The position numbers were made by a program, and so were the translations under genes. A stretch of DNA of 53,225 nucleotides from Fidelibacterota bacterium (lineage in GTDB: Bacteria > Fidelibacterota > Marinisomatia > Marinisomatales > UBA2128). Below, piece after piece: positions 39,418-49,092 of this stretch. Each line of letters begins with the position of its first letter. Within the stretch, counting starts at the first letter, position 1. The stretch lies in NCBI GenBank assembly GCA_046861645.1, contig JBHHUM010000008.1, positions 1 to 53,225 on the forward strand, given 5' to 3'. The notes under the pieces were generated by a model. The model searched no databases and had not been told where the DNA came from. It was given only the letters and a program-made list of their open reading frames with translations.

Positions 39418-40111
39418 GATTTATTCCCGATGATAATCACTAAGCATAAATACAATGTCTTTAGTGCTAAATCCACAGGTGATTAATTTTTCTCAATGTT
39501 AACGTTCTGGTCGAAACGGATAATCTCTTGATAAAACTTGGTGATAGTAGATAATGGAGAAAAGAAATCAGGATGACTTGATACAGATTATTTATTCCGG
39601 TGAAACTTATTGACGAATGTTTAATTCTACGGCAATCCATGATATAGTTAACTTTAAATTCAAATTAAATTTTTCCTGTTTATTTTTCAAGTTTTTCCCC
39701 TGAGTGCTGATTAATCCAAGAGATAATAGGTTGCATTCCTACCTTTAGAACTTTTGTACTCATAGTAATCTTTGTAAGATATTTCAGTTCCCCAAAATAG
39801 TATAACTAATAAACATTGGCCAGGTACTTTATCTATAGTGAAAATTGAGGTAGACACCCTGTTTAGTCCAAGTTTAGTTATAATAAACGAACCTTCTACA
39901 AGGATTAATTTCTGTTTCTGCTGGTAATATCTACCCGTTCTTCGGAAGAGAGGAGGCACATCAAATGTGTTAATTACTAAAAAAGAGGTTAACATTTTTA
40001 TCAAATCAAAACTTATCCATTAACAACTTGAATAGTCATGATATTCGGGAATCTTACACGGGCTTCATTCCTATTAATGACTTCATTCTTAGTTACTTTT
40101 CCATAAAAGGT

Positions 40112-40864
40112 TTAGTTTAGATCATAATTATTTTTGATGTTCGATTTGATTGTACCTTCAACATCCTGACAGTCTGAACCATTCGTATCATCAATGATTA
40201 GATTACCATTAGAGTCTAAATCCAGATCCCCATCATCCAAGCAACTTGTAATATCAATATTACCAAGCCATTCATCAACCATTAGGCTCAGTACTATCGA
40301 TGTCGTTTCATTTTCAGGCACTACGACACCAGAGATGTCTTCAAAGCGTATATCTTCGTTAAATTTCAGAATCAGTTGAAATTGCCTTTCTGGATTATTA
40401 TCGTAGTCAAACGTTCCTTCAACAATCATTGTATTATCAAGCAATGGATCAGACGCTGTTACTAGACCATCCTCCAGTTCAGAATCATCTAAACGAACAT
40501 CTACTCTCTTATATATGCCCGGCTCTAATGTAAATGAGTCCAAAGGAGGTGTGACGCTACCAGTCATCAAGTCAAATAGAAAGGGTCCGTCCAGACTAAC
40601 TTTTTCAGTGGAATCGGCGTTGGATTCCTCCGGTAGATCGAACTGTATGTGTCTAACATTGACTCTAGACTCCGTAATATTAAATGTAGTTCCACTCAGA
40701 TCAGTAATTAGGTAACTTGTATCAGCTAACATTTTTAACAATTTACTCGATGTGGACAACATAATAGTAAAAGTTGCCGGTGATTCATCAATCTTATTTT
40801 TTTCTTCCTCACAGTTGTAGACTAATAATAATATTCCCAATATTAACAAAAGTTTAATTTTCAT
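40112..40864 (-). CDS. Acidic lipoprotein (DUF4382-like beta domain)
   Basis: Signal peptide ending LVYN-C. Strong RBS AAGGAGG. EPGIYKRVDVRL. Confidence 0.75.
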   Translation of the reverse strand: MKIKLLLILGILLLVYNCEEEKNKIDESPATFTIMLSTSSKLLKMLADTSYLITDLSGTTFNITESRVNVRHIQFDLPEESNADSTEKVSLDGPFLFDLMTGSVTPPLDSFTLEPGIYKRVDVRLDDSELEDGLVTASDPLLDNTMIVEGTFDYDNNPERQFQLILKFNEDIRFEDISGVVVPENETTSIVLSLMVDEWLGNIDITSCLDDGDLDLDSNGNLIIDDTNGSDCQDVEGTIKSNIKNNYDLN

Positions 40865-41207
40865 GGTATCTCCTCCTTATTAAATAAAACTTACACAATG
40901 TTCTAAAGATTAAATTTGATATCAATCACATAGATGTTGTTTTCCGGGGTAGCTACTGGTACTGGGAGTAAGATTATTTGGTCACTTTTCTACAATCTGC
41001 TTCAATTAATATAGTATCAATTGGGTTAGAAAATACATTCTACCATATTCTCATAAATAATCGCTAATAAATCAATCTCTACTCACATGTTTTCTGAAGA
41101 TCTCCTGTGATACTTTTCCATTAAGCATAACAATGTTTCCATACATAAAATAGGTTTCATAACAATATCCCGTACTCCGCAATGTCAACATGCATTGATT
41201 TGTAGTG

Positions 41208-41235
41208 TCCATGGACATTTAATCCCTTCGGGATT
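41208..41235 (+). repeat. Third copy of the 28-bp REP-like hairpin repeat
   Basis: TCCATGGACATTTAATCCCTTCGGGATT. Confidence 0.65.
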
Positions 41236-41418
41236 TCACTGCCATCTTGACTAACTATGCCAGTGCGATGGTTTGTCATTTTAACTGAATACTGAAACTC
41301 ATAAAAACATTGCCCCATTTTTCTCAGGTAATTATGGTAATGAGCCTAAAATATATGTATTCAAATCAAGGAGTCAGACTACACGATAGATTATCTAATA
41401 CTGTGATGTATGGGTGGT

Positions 41419-43230
41419 TTACTCTTTACCTTCCACATGAATCTTCAGGAAAAATTGATTCCCACTGGGCTCATTAGGCTTTACACCTACTTCAGCATTA
41501 TGAACTTCTGCAATACGCTTGACAATAGCTAAACCCAGTCCTCTGCCGCGTTTTACCCCTTTTTCCAATTGAGTGCGGCGAATGAAAATCCTTTCCCGGT
41601 CCTCTTCAGGAATAGTCTTACCGAAATCTCTAACCGAAATAGTGATTTCATCGTGTTCCTCTTGAGCCTGGATTACCAACTTTTTTCCTTCCATAGCATA
41701 TTTTAGGGCATTGCTGATGAAATTTTTAAATACCTCTGCTATGATAGGATTTGCCTCAATTATCAATTGATCGGGAAGTTGAAATTCAACACTCATTTCA
41801 GAACTTTTCAAAGCATGTTTGAATTCATCAACCGACTGTTTAATGACCTCAATCATATCCAGCGGTTTTTTCTCTATTTCCTCACCCATGGTCAACTTGG
41901 CTAAGGTCGTGGCATTGTTAATAACTTTTAAAAGATTATCGCTGCTTTCTTTTACTGCCGTCACCATTTCATTACCGGGCATTTCGGAGACGATGATTTC
42001 CGACATTCCACTGATCACACCCGCCGGGTTTTTCAAATCGTGAGTGATAATATCCAATAATAAATCCTTCATGCTGTTTGCTTCAGTAAGTTGTTCGGAG
42101 AGCATCCGGTATTTCTCTTCTGATTTTCTAAGTGCTTCTACAAAGTCTTTACGTTCCTTAATATTATGAAAAGCTATGACGGAGCCAATGATTTCTCCAT
42201 CATCTTTGATCGGTGTGAAAACATAAGCAACTGAAATCTCTGTTTTGTCTTTGGTAATAAAAATATCATCATGATTCTTATAAACTTTCCCCTCTTTAAT
42301 AACCTTCAGTAAGGGGTCATCCTTTCCCTCATTATCTGAGCCATTGGGACTTGGGTGGTAAATGACCTCGTTGATTTTCTTCCCTAACAATTCATCTTCT
42401 TTCCAACCCAAAAGATTTTCCGCTTCCGGGTTTACAAATGTTAATAAACCATTTTCATCAAGAACACATACACCCTCACCGATAGTCGATGTAATGTCAC
42501 TTAGTTTTTTCTCACTTTGACGTAATGCTTCCATGGTTTGTCTTATATTGTTCACCATCATTCTGAAAACATTCCCCAGCACACCTACTTCGTCAAAAGT
42601 GGTCACATCAACATCGACGTCATAATTCCCCTCACCAAGTTCTTTTGCTGCATTCCGTAGCTTGATAATCGGCCGGGTAATCATGTGACTGAAGGCTAGT
42701 GATATGATAATTCCTACTAATAGAATAAAGAGGCTGATGTAAAGAGTAGTGGTAGTATTCCTTGAAATATTGGTGTGCATCTCCTTCAAAGAATATCCCA
42801 GTAGCAGGGTTCCGTAATCGAGATCAAGATAGCGCATGGGCACTACACTGTGTAACATCCCTTGATTTTCAACAATCTCCCTACCCTTTATCAACTCTTC
42901 AATATTGATCTCTACACTATCCGGATTATAGGTAGCAAATACTTCACCACTGGTATCAATTAAAACAATGTAAGCGAGGCTTGAATCTCTTTTCGCCCAG
43001 TCCATTGCTTCGGTAATAGCAGAAAAATTGTCCAGACCTAAAGCGATACCTGTACTCAAGGCGAACATCTCGGCCATACTGAGTACCTTGTTTTCCAGAG
43101 CGTTTTGAACCTGCTTTTTCTGTTGAACCGGATAGTAAGAAAATATGAACAGGGATATCAGAATTAGAGTCAGAATGGAACTACTTAACAGTTTTACTCT
43201 AATTGGTAACTGGGAGAATATTTTCAACAT
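41419..43230 (-). CDS. Membrane sensor histidine kinase (small periplasmic domain, HAMP, PAS, HisKA, HATPase)
   Basis: Two TM helices. HAMP RPIIKL...DEVGVL, ITHDLKNP, NFISNALKY and GRGLGL. Confidence 0.93.
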   Translation of the reverse strand: MLKIFSQLPIRVKLLSSSILTLILISLFIFSYYPVQQKKQVQNALENKVLSMAEMFALSTGIALGLDNFSAITEAMDWAKRDSSLAYIVLIDTSGEVFATYNPDSVEINIEELIKGREIVENQGMLHSVVPMRYLDLDYGTLLLGYSLKEMHTNISRNTTTTLYISLFILLVGIIISLAFSHMITRPIIKLRNAAKELGEGNYDVDVDVTTFDEVGVLGNVFRMMVNNIRQTMEALRQSEKKLSDITSTIGEGVCVLDENGLLTFVNPEAENLLGWKEDELLGKKINEVIYHPSPNGSDNEGKDDPLLKVIKEGKVYKNHDDIFITKDKTEISVAYVFTPIKDDGEIIGSVIAFHNIKERKDFVEALRKSEEKYRMLSEQLTEANSMKDLLLDIITHDLKNPAGVISGMSEIIVSEMPGNEMVTAVKESSDNLLKVINNATTLAKLTMGEEIEKKPLDMIEVIKQSVDEFKHALKSSEMSVEFQLPDQLIIEANPIIAEVFKNFISNALKYAMEGKKLVIQAQEEHDEITISVRDFGKTIPEEDRERIFIRRTQLEKGVKRGRGLGLAIVKRIAEVHNAEVGVKPNEPSGNQFFLKIHVEGKE

Positions 43231-43389
43231 CAGGCAAGTTCCTCCTTGATCTTAATTTTCAACAATAATGATTTGTTAAATTATTCAAAACAGATTATTT
43301 ACCACAATAAATATAAAAAGTAAATCTATCAACAGGGAATCCAACTGACGCTCTAACTTAAAATAACCACTTACATGGTAAAGGTCATT

Positions 43390-43848
43390 TTATTTTAAAG
43401 GGTAGTCCTCATCTTGAGGTAGCTTGCTGTCAATGGATACTACTTTCATCCCTTCAAGCACTTCACTTAGCTCTACGAAAGAAATCGCACCCGGATGATC
43501 TGCAAAAAGTTTGGTGATCTGATCTAAAGAACTACACTCTTTAGGGGGCATCCCACTTCCTCCAGAAAACACCATATTTATCCAGTGCTTTCTAACTTTC
43601 ATTGGAGTTTTATGTAGTACCTTATGATAAAATTGTTTTGACAGGGGTTCAAATTGGACCAATACAATTTGATCGCCGTTAGAAAAGGTAGTAATTTTCC
43701 CCAGGAAAATCCTTTCCAATTCACTAGTTGACAAATTATCACAGGAGTTGCTTTCATTCACTATAACAGCGATCTGGGCTTCAGTCTTATCCGAAGTCGC
43801 AAAGAAAAACATTACCAATAAGAATATCCACAATTTCTCATTACGCAT
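43390..43848 (-). CDS. Small periplasmic-binding-fold protein (PstS-like single domain)
   Basis: Signal peptide. IAVIVN..N, LERIFLGK and PGAISFV. Confidence 0.85.
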   Translation of the reverse strand: MRNEKLWIFLLVMFFFATSDKTEAQIAVIVNESNSCDNLSTSELERIFLGKITTFSNGDQIVLVQFEPLSKQFYHKVLHKTPMKVRKHWINMVFSGGSGMPPKECSSLDQITKLFADHPGAISFVELSEVLEGMKVVSIDSKLPQDEDYPLK

Positions 43849-43864
43849 GGTTTTCTCCTGACAT

Positions 43865-44923
43865 TTAAAAAGCTACCACAATAGCTGCTACAAACATTTC
43901 GTAATTATCATCACTCGATTCTTGAAAACTCACCTGGTGAACTTCACTTTTCAGATAAACTCTCGACGTGACAGAGTAATTAATTCCCAGTACGATATCT
44001 TGTTCATTATCACTCTTCCCATCCATATCAGGATCGTAGAAATCATACCGAACAAAGGGTGTAAAACGATCTCGAAAAGTATAAGCACCTTGAACATAGT
44101 ATCCGTTCCCCTGCCTGAAATCACCCGTGGGGATAGAATCAATATCAACCTCTTCCAATTGAGGGAGAAAAAATTCTGCTTCAAGAAAAAAATCAGCACG
44201 TTCAAGAGAGGCATCAAAGGCCAGGGTAGTCTGCCTGGTGTCTTGGGCATTGCCATTTATTTCGGAGTAATAGGATAAACCAATGGTAAGACCCGCCATC
44301 GGGGGACTAACCGATAACCGACCTCCAAAACCTTTATTAGCATTACTATCTCTTTCATGAGGGCGTGGTCCTCTTCCGTTAATCAAGTACAAGTAATAAT
44401 TGGTCTCCCAATCCCTAGTAAAGCAGGATCCTAAAAATTGAATCCCTGTCCCAAACTTGGCATATAAGCGCTGTTTGCTCCCTACGGTGTTTTCATGAGT
44501 TCCATAGAGAGAACTTGGCAGAAAAACGGGTAGGAAGGTGGGTGTAGCGTCATGTTTTAAGTTATAGATACCAAAGGGAGGGAGAAATTTACCCAGTTTA
44601 ATTTTGAAAGCATCTGTGCGTTTATACTCGACCCAGGATTTCTCCAGTACAACTTTACCGGTACTTTCACCTCCACCTTCAATTACAGCACCGTGCTCCC
44701 ATTCTATCTCACCATAAATCCGGAAATTCTTATCCAGAGTAAAAACAGAAACAATATTGAAATGATGCTGGTCAAAAGTTCCTCTCTTCCCCTCGGTATT
44801 ACGATTACTGATTTCTGCTTCTAAATCAAAATATCCATAAGTTCTTAGATCGGATGTTTGGGCAAAAATACTTAGGTTAAACAGGTATAAAGTCCAGGCA
44901 ATAATTAATTTGTTAATTCTCAT
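43865..44923 (-). CDS. Outer-membrane porin-like beta-barrel
   Basis: Signal peptide. YGYFD, EIEWEH, LGKFLPPFG, NKGFGGR and a C-terminal Phe. Confidence 0.85.
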   Translation of the reverse strand: MRINKLIIAWTLYLFNLSIFAQTSDLRTYGYFDLEAEISNRNTEGKRGTFDQHHFNIVSVFTLDKNFRIYGEIEWEHGAVIEGGGESTGKVVLEKSWVEYKRTDAFKIKLGKFLPPFGIYNLKHDATPTFLPVFLPSSLYGTHENTVGSKQRLYAKFGTGIQFLGSCFTRDWETNYYLYLINGRGPRPHERDSNANKGFGGRLSVSPPMAGLTIGLSYYSEINGNAQDTRQTTLAFDASLERADFFLEAEFFLPQLEEVDIDSIPTGDFRQGNGYYVQGAYTFRDRFTPFVRYDFYDPDMDGKSDNEQDIVLGINYSVTSRVYLKSEVHQVSFQESSDDNYEMFVAAIVVAF

Positions 44924-45250
44924 TATCTACTCCTTAATAATCTTCATTGAAATTATCCCTACATTAGCTTACCCACACACAATTTTCAAGAAAAACAAAA
45001 TCCTATTTAAGTGATCTTTTCCTATTTTTTCCAATGAAACACCCCTCCATCAGAAAAGACTGAAACAGGAATTAAAGAAATATTGATTTTTTTCAATTGG
45101 TGACTCTATCTGCAAGTTAATTTATTGGTAATAGTAACATCTGGCTGATAAATGAATCCTCTTTAGAGAGAGGATTTAGGGGATGTTAAATTTATCTAAC
45201 CTATCATTATTATAGGAGACTTTACCCTGGATGAAAATTAAAAGGAAATG

Positions 45251-46513
45251 TTAGAAACTGTACTTTATTTTAAGGTAGATATTGTCATTATCATCAAACT
45301 GACTGAATAATGTATTTTCTTTTTTACCCCCTAAAAGATCAACATTAAGAATGAATTCAACTCCATCGAGAGGGTAAAACTTTACCCTGAATTGGCTCAA
45401 ATAGTCTTCCTTTGTAAAATTGTAGATCACAAACATTTCCGGTTTTACGGTTTCGTTCCAGAATGTTTGGGATAGAAATAGAGTCCCCATAGTATTAATC
45501 TCATCACTGATCAATTCAGTATCATAATCCAGGATCACTTCCTGAACGAATTGTCCACTGATAGAAGCCTCACCGGGAGTCATTTCAGCACCTATCATAT
45601 AATTCAGAAAATCTTTTTTGACTACTCGATCTTCATCAGTGGAACTACTCGTGTACAAATTTCTCTTTTGATAAAGAGCGCTTTCCCCACGAATTATCAA
45701 CGAGCCCAGAGTAGAAGAGAATGTTCCTCCCCAAACTGTAAGTCGCCCATACTCGGGTGTTATTGTAACCCGTAGTGGGGCTTGTGTTAGTTGTGTCAAT
45801 TCGTAATCCTGTAGGAAAATAGGATAGTCATCCCAGGTGCGAAAATAAGACAGCTTCAGATCGACTCCCCTGACGAGTGTAGAAAATCGCCAACCATATT
45901 CTGAATTCCTTAATTGTCTTTCGGGAAAAATAACAGCGTTGATGGCGATTAATGAATCCGGTATTAAGAGAGAGACTTCATCTATCATCGTATAAAACGC
46001 CCACGCTTCACCGGTAGAAGAAAATTTCGCAGGAACAAATTGGGGTATCCAGACTGCTTCCAGACGACTATCACCTAAATAAGCTTGTGCCTTAATGGAA
46101 TTTACAGCCATACGAATATCCTCGAAATCAGCCAGTATGAACTCCCGCAAATCAAGTGGATTCACTATATCAGTGATAAAAAGTCCGTCAGCTTCACCCC
46201 ATACTATCTGCTGCTTTCCAATCCTTAAATCCAGATTGTCAAAGTACAAATCCAGGTACATCTCCCTCAGATTCAGTTCCAGGTCGTTGTGATCACTAAG
46301 GTGATCATTCTTGACATCCAACGAAGCGTAACCAAAGGCATATTCAGAAGGGGGATAATTAAAATTCAGGCGAAACCTGTTTCTCAATACCAGATAATCA
46401 TGATCATTATTCAGCCGGACAGCGTTGTAATTTTTTACATATCCCCCAATGTCAACTTGAGCAGTAATTAAGCTCCAAGATAGTAGGATTCCTAAAAGTA
46501 GTTTCGACTTCAT
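45251..46513 (-). CDS. DUF1302-like outer-membrane beta-barrel
   Basis: LREMYLD, LRIGKQQIVWGEADG, DIVNPLD and C-terminal FSQFDDNDNIYLKIKYSF. Confidence 0.85.
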   Translation of the reverse strand: MKSKLLLGILLSWSLITAQVDIGGYVKNYNAVRLNNDHDYLVLRNRFRLNFNYPPSEYAFGYASLDVKNDHLSDHNDLELNLREMYLDLYFDNLDLRIGKQQIVWGEADGLFITDIVNPLDLREFILADFEDIRMAVNSIKAQAYLGDSRLEAVWIPQFVPAKFSSTGEAWAFYTMIDEVSLLIPDSLIAINAVIFPERQLRNSEYGWRFSTLVRGVDLKLSYFRTWDDYPIFLQDYELTQLTQAPLRVTITPEYGRLTVWGGTFSSTLGSLIIRGESALYQKRNLYTSSSTDEDRVVKKDFLNYMIGAEMTPGEASISGQFVQEVILDYDTELISDEINTMGTLFLSQTFWNETVKPEMFVIYNFTKEDYLSQFRVKFYPLDGVEFILNVDLLGGKKENTLFSQFDDNDNIYLKIKYSF

Positions 46514-46542
46514 GGCTTCACTCAGATACTTTCATGTAATTG

Positions 46543-47346
46543 TTAAAGATCCGTTTCTCCAGACTTTCTCATCAAGAATTTGGTGATACTCAACATTATC
46601 CACCGAGGTATAAAGCGATTGGAGATGGCTGATACCCGATTAGTAAAACCTGTAATAGTAGAAAGTTTATGGTCGAAAAGGGCAGAAACTCCCTGCTCTG
46701 CTACAATTGATGCATCCATTCTTCTTTTCATTGCAAACCATCCTGAAGTAACATTTCCCACACCAGAGCGGAGAAAAAAGTCTGTGTTCGTTGCCCCAGG
46801 GGAAAGACAGGTCACGTGAACATTAAACTCTTCCATTTCTTTAGCCAGCGCTTCGGAAAAATTGAGGACATAACTTTTTGTGGCGGCATATACAGCATGG
46901 TACGGTACCGGTTGATAGGCTCCTGTAGAAGCCACATTCAAGATGTAACCGGACTCTCTCTTCTTCATATCCCTTCCGAATAGAGTACAAAGGGTGGTCA
47001 GAGCCATCACATTAAGACTGATCATATTTTCCACTTCAGAAATTGGAAGGCTGACATGTTCACCATATATACCGAATCCAGCATTATTGATCAGAATTTG
47101 AACCTGTAATTCCTTCGAGATACACTCCTCATGGACACGCTGGGCTGATTCACCAAGGGATAAATCACAGGGTATCAAATTTATGGACTGCACATTACCC
47201 TGAAGGAGCGACTCTTTAACTATTTTAAGCTTTTCCTCATTACGACTCACCAGGACAAGATTGTATCCTTTAGAGTAGAATATTTTGGCAAATTCTAATC
47301 CGATACCTGTACTGGCACCTGTGATTAATACGGTTTGATTATTCAT
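46543..47346 (-). CDS. Short-chain dehydrogenase/reductase (SDR)
   Basis: TGASTGIG, NNAGFG and YAATK. Confidence 0.95.
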   Translation of the reverse strand: MNNQTVLITGASTGIGLEFAKIFYSKGYNLVLVSRNEEKLKIVKESLLQGNVQSINLIPCDLSLGESAQRVHEECISKELQVQILINNAGFGIYGEHVSLPISEVENMISLNVMALTTLCTLFGRDMKKRESGYILNVASTGAYQPVPYHAVYAATKSYVLNFSEALAKEMEEFNVHVTCLSPGATNTDFFLRSGVGNVTSGWFAMKRRMDASIVAEQGVSALFDHKLSTITGFTNRVSAISNRFIPRWIMLSITKFLMRKSGETDL

Positions 47347-47382
47347 GGATTATATCCTCGAAACAATACGTTCAACTAATTA

Positions 47383-48231
47383 TTAACCTCCCCATTGCCA
47401 GTAGAAAAAAGGATAGATTGGGATTGGCAGGTAAACAAGTTCGTTGGCTTCTCTAAAATAAAAATTGACTGAAGCCAGTTCCACATGGAAAGTCCTCAAG
47501 ATTCTCCTTTCACTATTTCGAAAAGGTTTCAGGCGGAATCCGTAGGTAAACTGATATTTCCTGGGAACGTTATCGAGATAAAGAAAAGTGCTACCATAGG
47601 AAAGGGAGGAATGGAATGAAATCCAGGGACGTAATCTCCAACCAATTCCCACTGACAGGTCAGGACTTACCAGGTCTTGGTAATGTTTACCCTTATAATG
47701 GGAGCGGTTGGAATTCTCCAGGGTCAGTGATTCAGAGTAGGTGAACCCAGCGGAAAGATGAGCACGAAAGTGACTCATTAAGTACCATGTAGCGTTGATT
47801 CTATGGTACCAGCTTGTCCCTTTTCTGAGTACATGGAGATAACCGAAATCAGAACTTTCCAACAGATCAATTTCTTTGTAAATCCATTGGAACATGGTTT
47901 CGTAAGCCAGGGCTGGACGGGATTCAGTCTGATCACTGATGGCCAATCTAAAGTTAAGACTGGGAACACCCCCCAACCAGGCTTCTATATCTATTTCCGT
48001 TGTGACACGATCGGTGATTCCCCACCAGGCCCACGTCGGCCAGGGTGCTAAAGCCTGATTGTAAGCCCATTCGCCTTTCTTTAGCGTGTACGCTGTGAAA
48101 GTATCCAGGGGATGGAGGAGCGTTTCTTCCATTAAACCGGAGTCATCAGTTCCGGCACCATTATCCTCAGCAATTGCGCAATGAGAAATGCTTACAAGGA
48201 TAATTAATGACCATTTTAAGGTGTATTCCAT
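47383..48231 (-). CDS. Hypothetical exported protein, probable small beta-barrel
   Basis: Signal peptide. TAYTLKKGEW, alternating aromatic strands and C-terminal FFYWQW. Confidence 0.65.
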   Translation of the reverse strand: MEYTLKWSLIILVSISHCAIAEDNGAGTDDSGLMEETLLHPLDTFTAYTLKKGEWAYNQALAPWPTWAWWGITDRVTTEIDIEAWLGGVPSLNFRLAISDQTESRPALAYETMFQWIYKEIDLLESSDFGYLHVLRKGTSWYHRINATWYLMSHFRAHLSAGFTYSESLTLENSNRSHYKGKHYQDLVSPDLSVGIGWRLRPWISFHSSLSYGSTFLYLDNVPRKYQFTYGFRLKPFRNSERRILRTFHVELASVNFYFREANELVYLPIPIYPFFYWQWGG

Positions 48232-48275
48232 GTCTATTTTCCTTAGCTAGGTTTCACAGATAAATAATCGTCTTC

Positions 48276-49058
48276 TTATCTACCTCTTTCCAGATATCTC
48301 TGGGTGAAATATTTCTCGTTAATACCCTGATTAAGTTGAATCTTTTCGTAAAGGAGTTCAGTATGATGACCGGTTTTCACATTTTCCATTTGGATGACAT
48401 ACGCACGCCATTTATCATCCGTTACCGGCCGAATATCACTGGACTTCATTACTTTAATCAGGTCGCCTTTTTTGTCATAAAAGTTTACTCTAATAGAGAC
48501 AAAATTGTCCTGTCGTATCCAAATCTCTGTTTTACGGTAAGCGGTCTCTTTCTGTAACTGTACATCCACGGGCTGGGATTGAATAACATAGCACTTGAAT
48601 CCCTCAATATTATCTTCCCTCAAGAAAGTATAATCATAGTCATCCAGCTCGTTTTGTTCAATATCCTCGTAGGAAAAATCCGATCCCATAAAACTATCAG
48701 ATTTTTCGCTGGATGAGATTCTCCTAACCCGTTTCAGGGCCGGCAGGTATAACCACTGGTCCTCCCGATCACCCTCTTCCACGGATAACAATCCAACCCC
48801 TTTCACATCCGCGGGTGATAAAAATCGGATCAGAGTTTTATCATTATCCTCCTTATCCGTCATGGCGTAATATACTACCTGTCGTTGGCGGACCTTGCCT
48901 CGCTTGTTTATCAATTTCATGGTAAACTGAGATTGTTCATCCTGAGCAGTCATCTGCAAATCATTTCTTGCCATAATTTCTCTAGGGCTAAGGCTCTGTC
49001 CCGTAACTACAGAGAAAGAAATAATCATAATTGCCAGACGTAACATCCATTCTTTCAT
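48276..49058 (-). CDS. LolA-like outer-membrane lipoprotein-sorting fold protein
   Basis: FLSPADVKG, QWLYLPALKRVRRI and FMGSDFSYED. Confidence 0.9.
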   Translation of the reverse strand: MKEWMLRLAIMIISFSVVTGQSLSPREIMARNDLQMTAQDEQSQFTMKLINKRGKVRQRQVVYYAMTDKEDNDKTLIRFLSPADVKGVGLLSVEEGDREDQWLYLPALKRVRRISSSEKSDSFMGSDFSYEDIEQNELDDYDYTFLREDNIEGFKCYVIQSQPVDVQLQKETAYRKTEIWIRQDNFVSIRVNFYDKKGDLIKVMKSSDIRPVTDDKWRAYVIQMENVKTGHHTELLYEKIQLNQGINEKYFTQRYLERGR

Positions 49059-49092
49059 CGCTGCTACTCCCTTTTCATGATACGGAATTATT

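Noticed and set aside
39711..40004. 97-aa minus-strand ORF
   Set aside because: Non-ATG start, no RBS, no motif. Probably intergenic.
40903..41040. Short frame ending NNIYVIDIKFNL, resembling a beta-barrel C-terminus
   Set aside because: Multiple upstream stops and no start codon. Too short to call a pseudogene.
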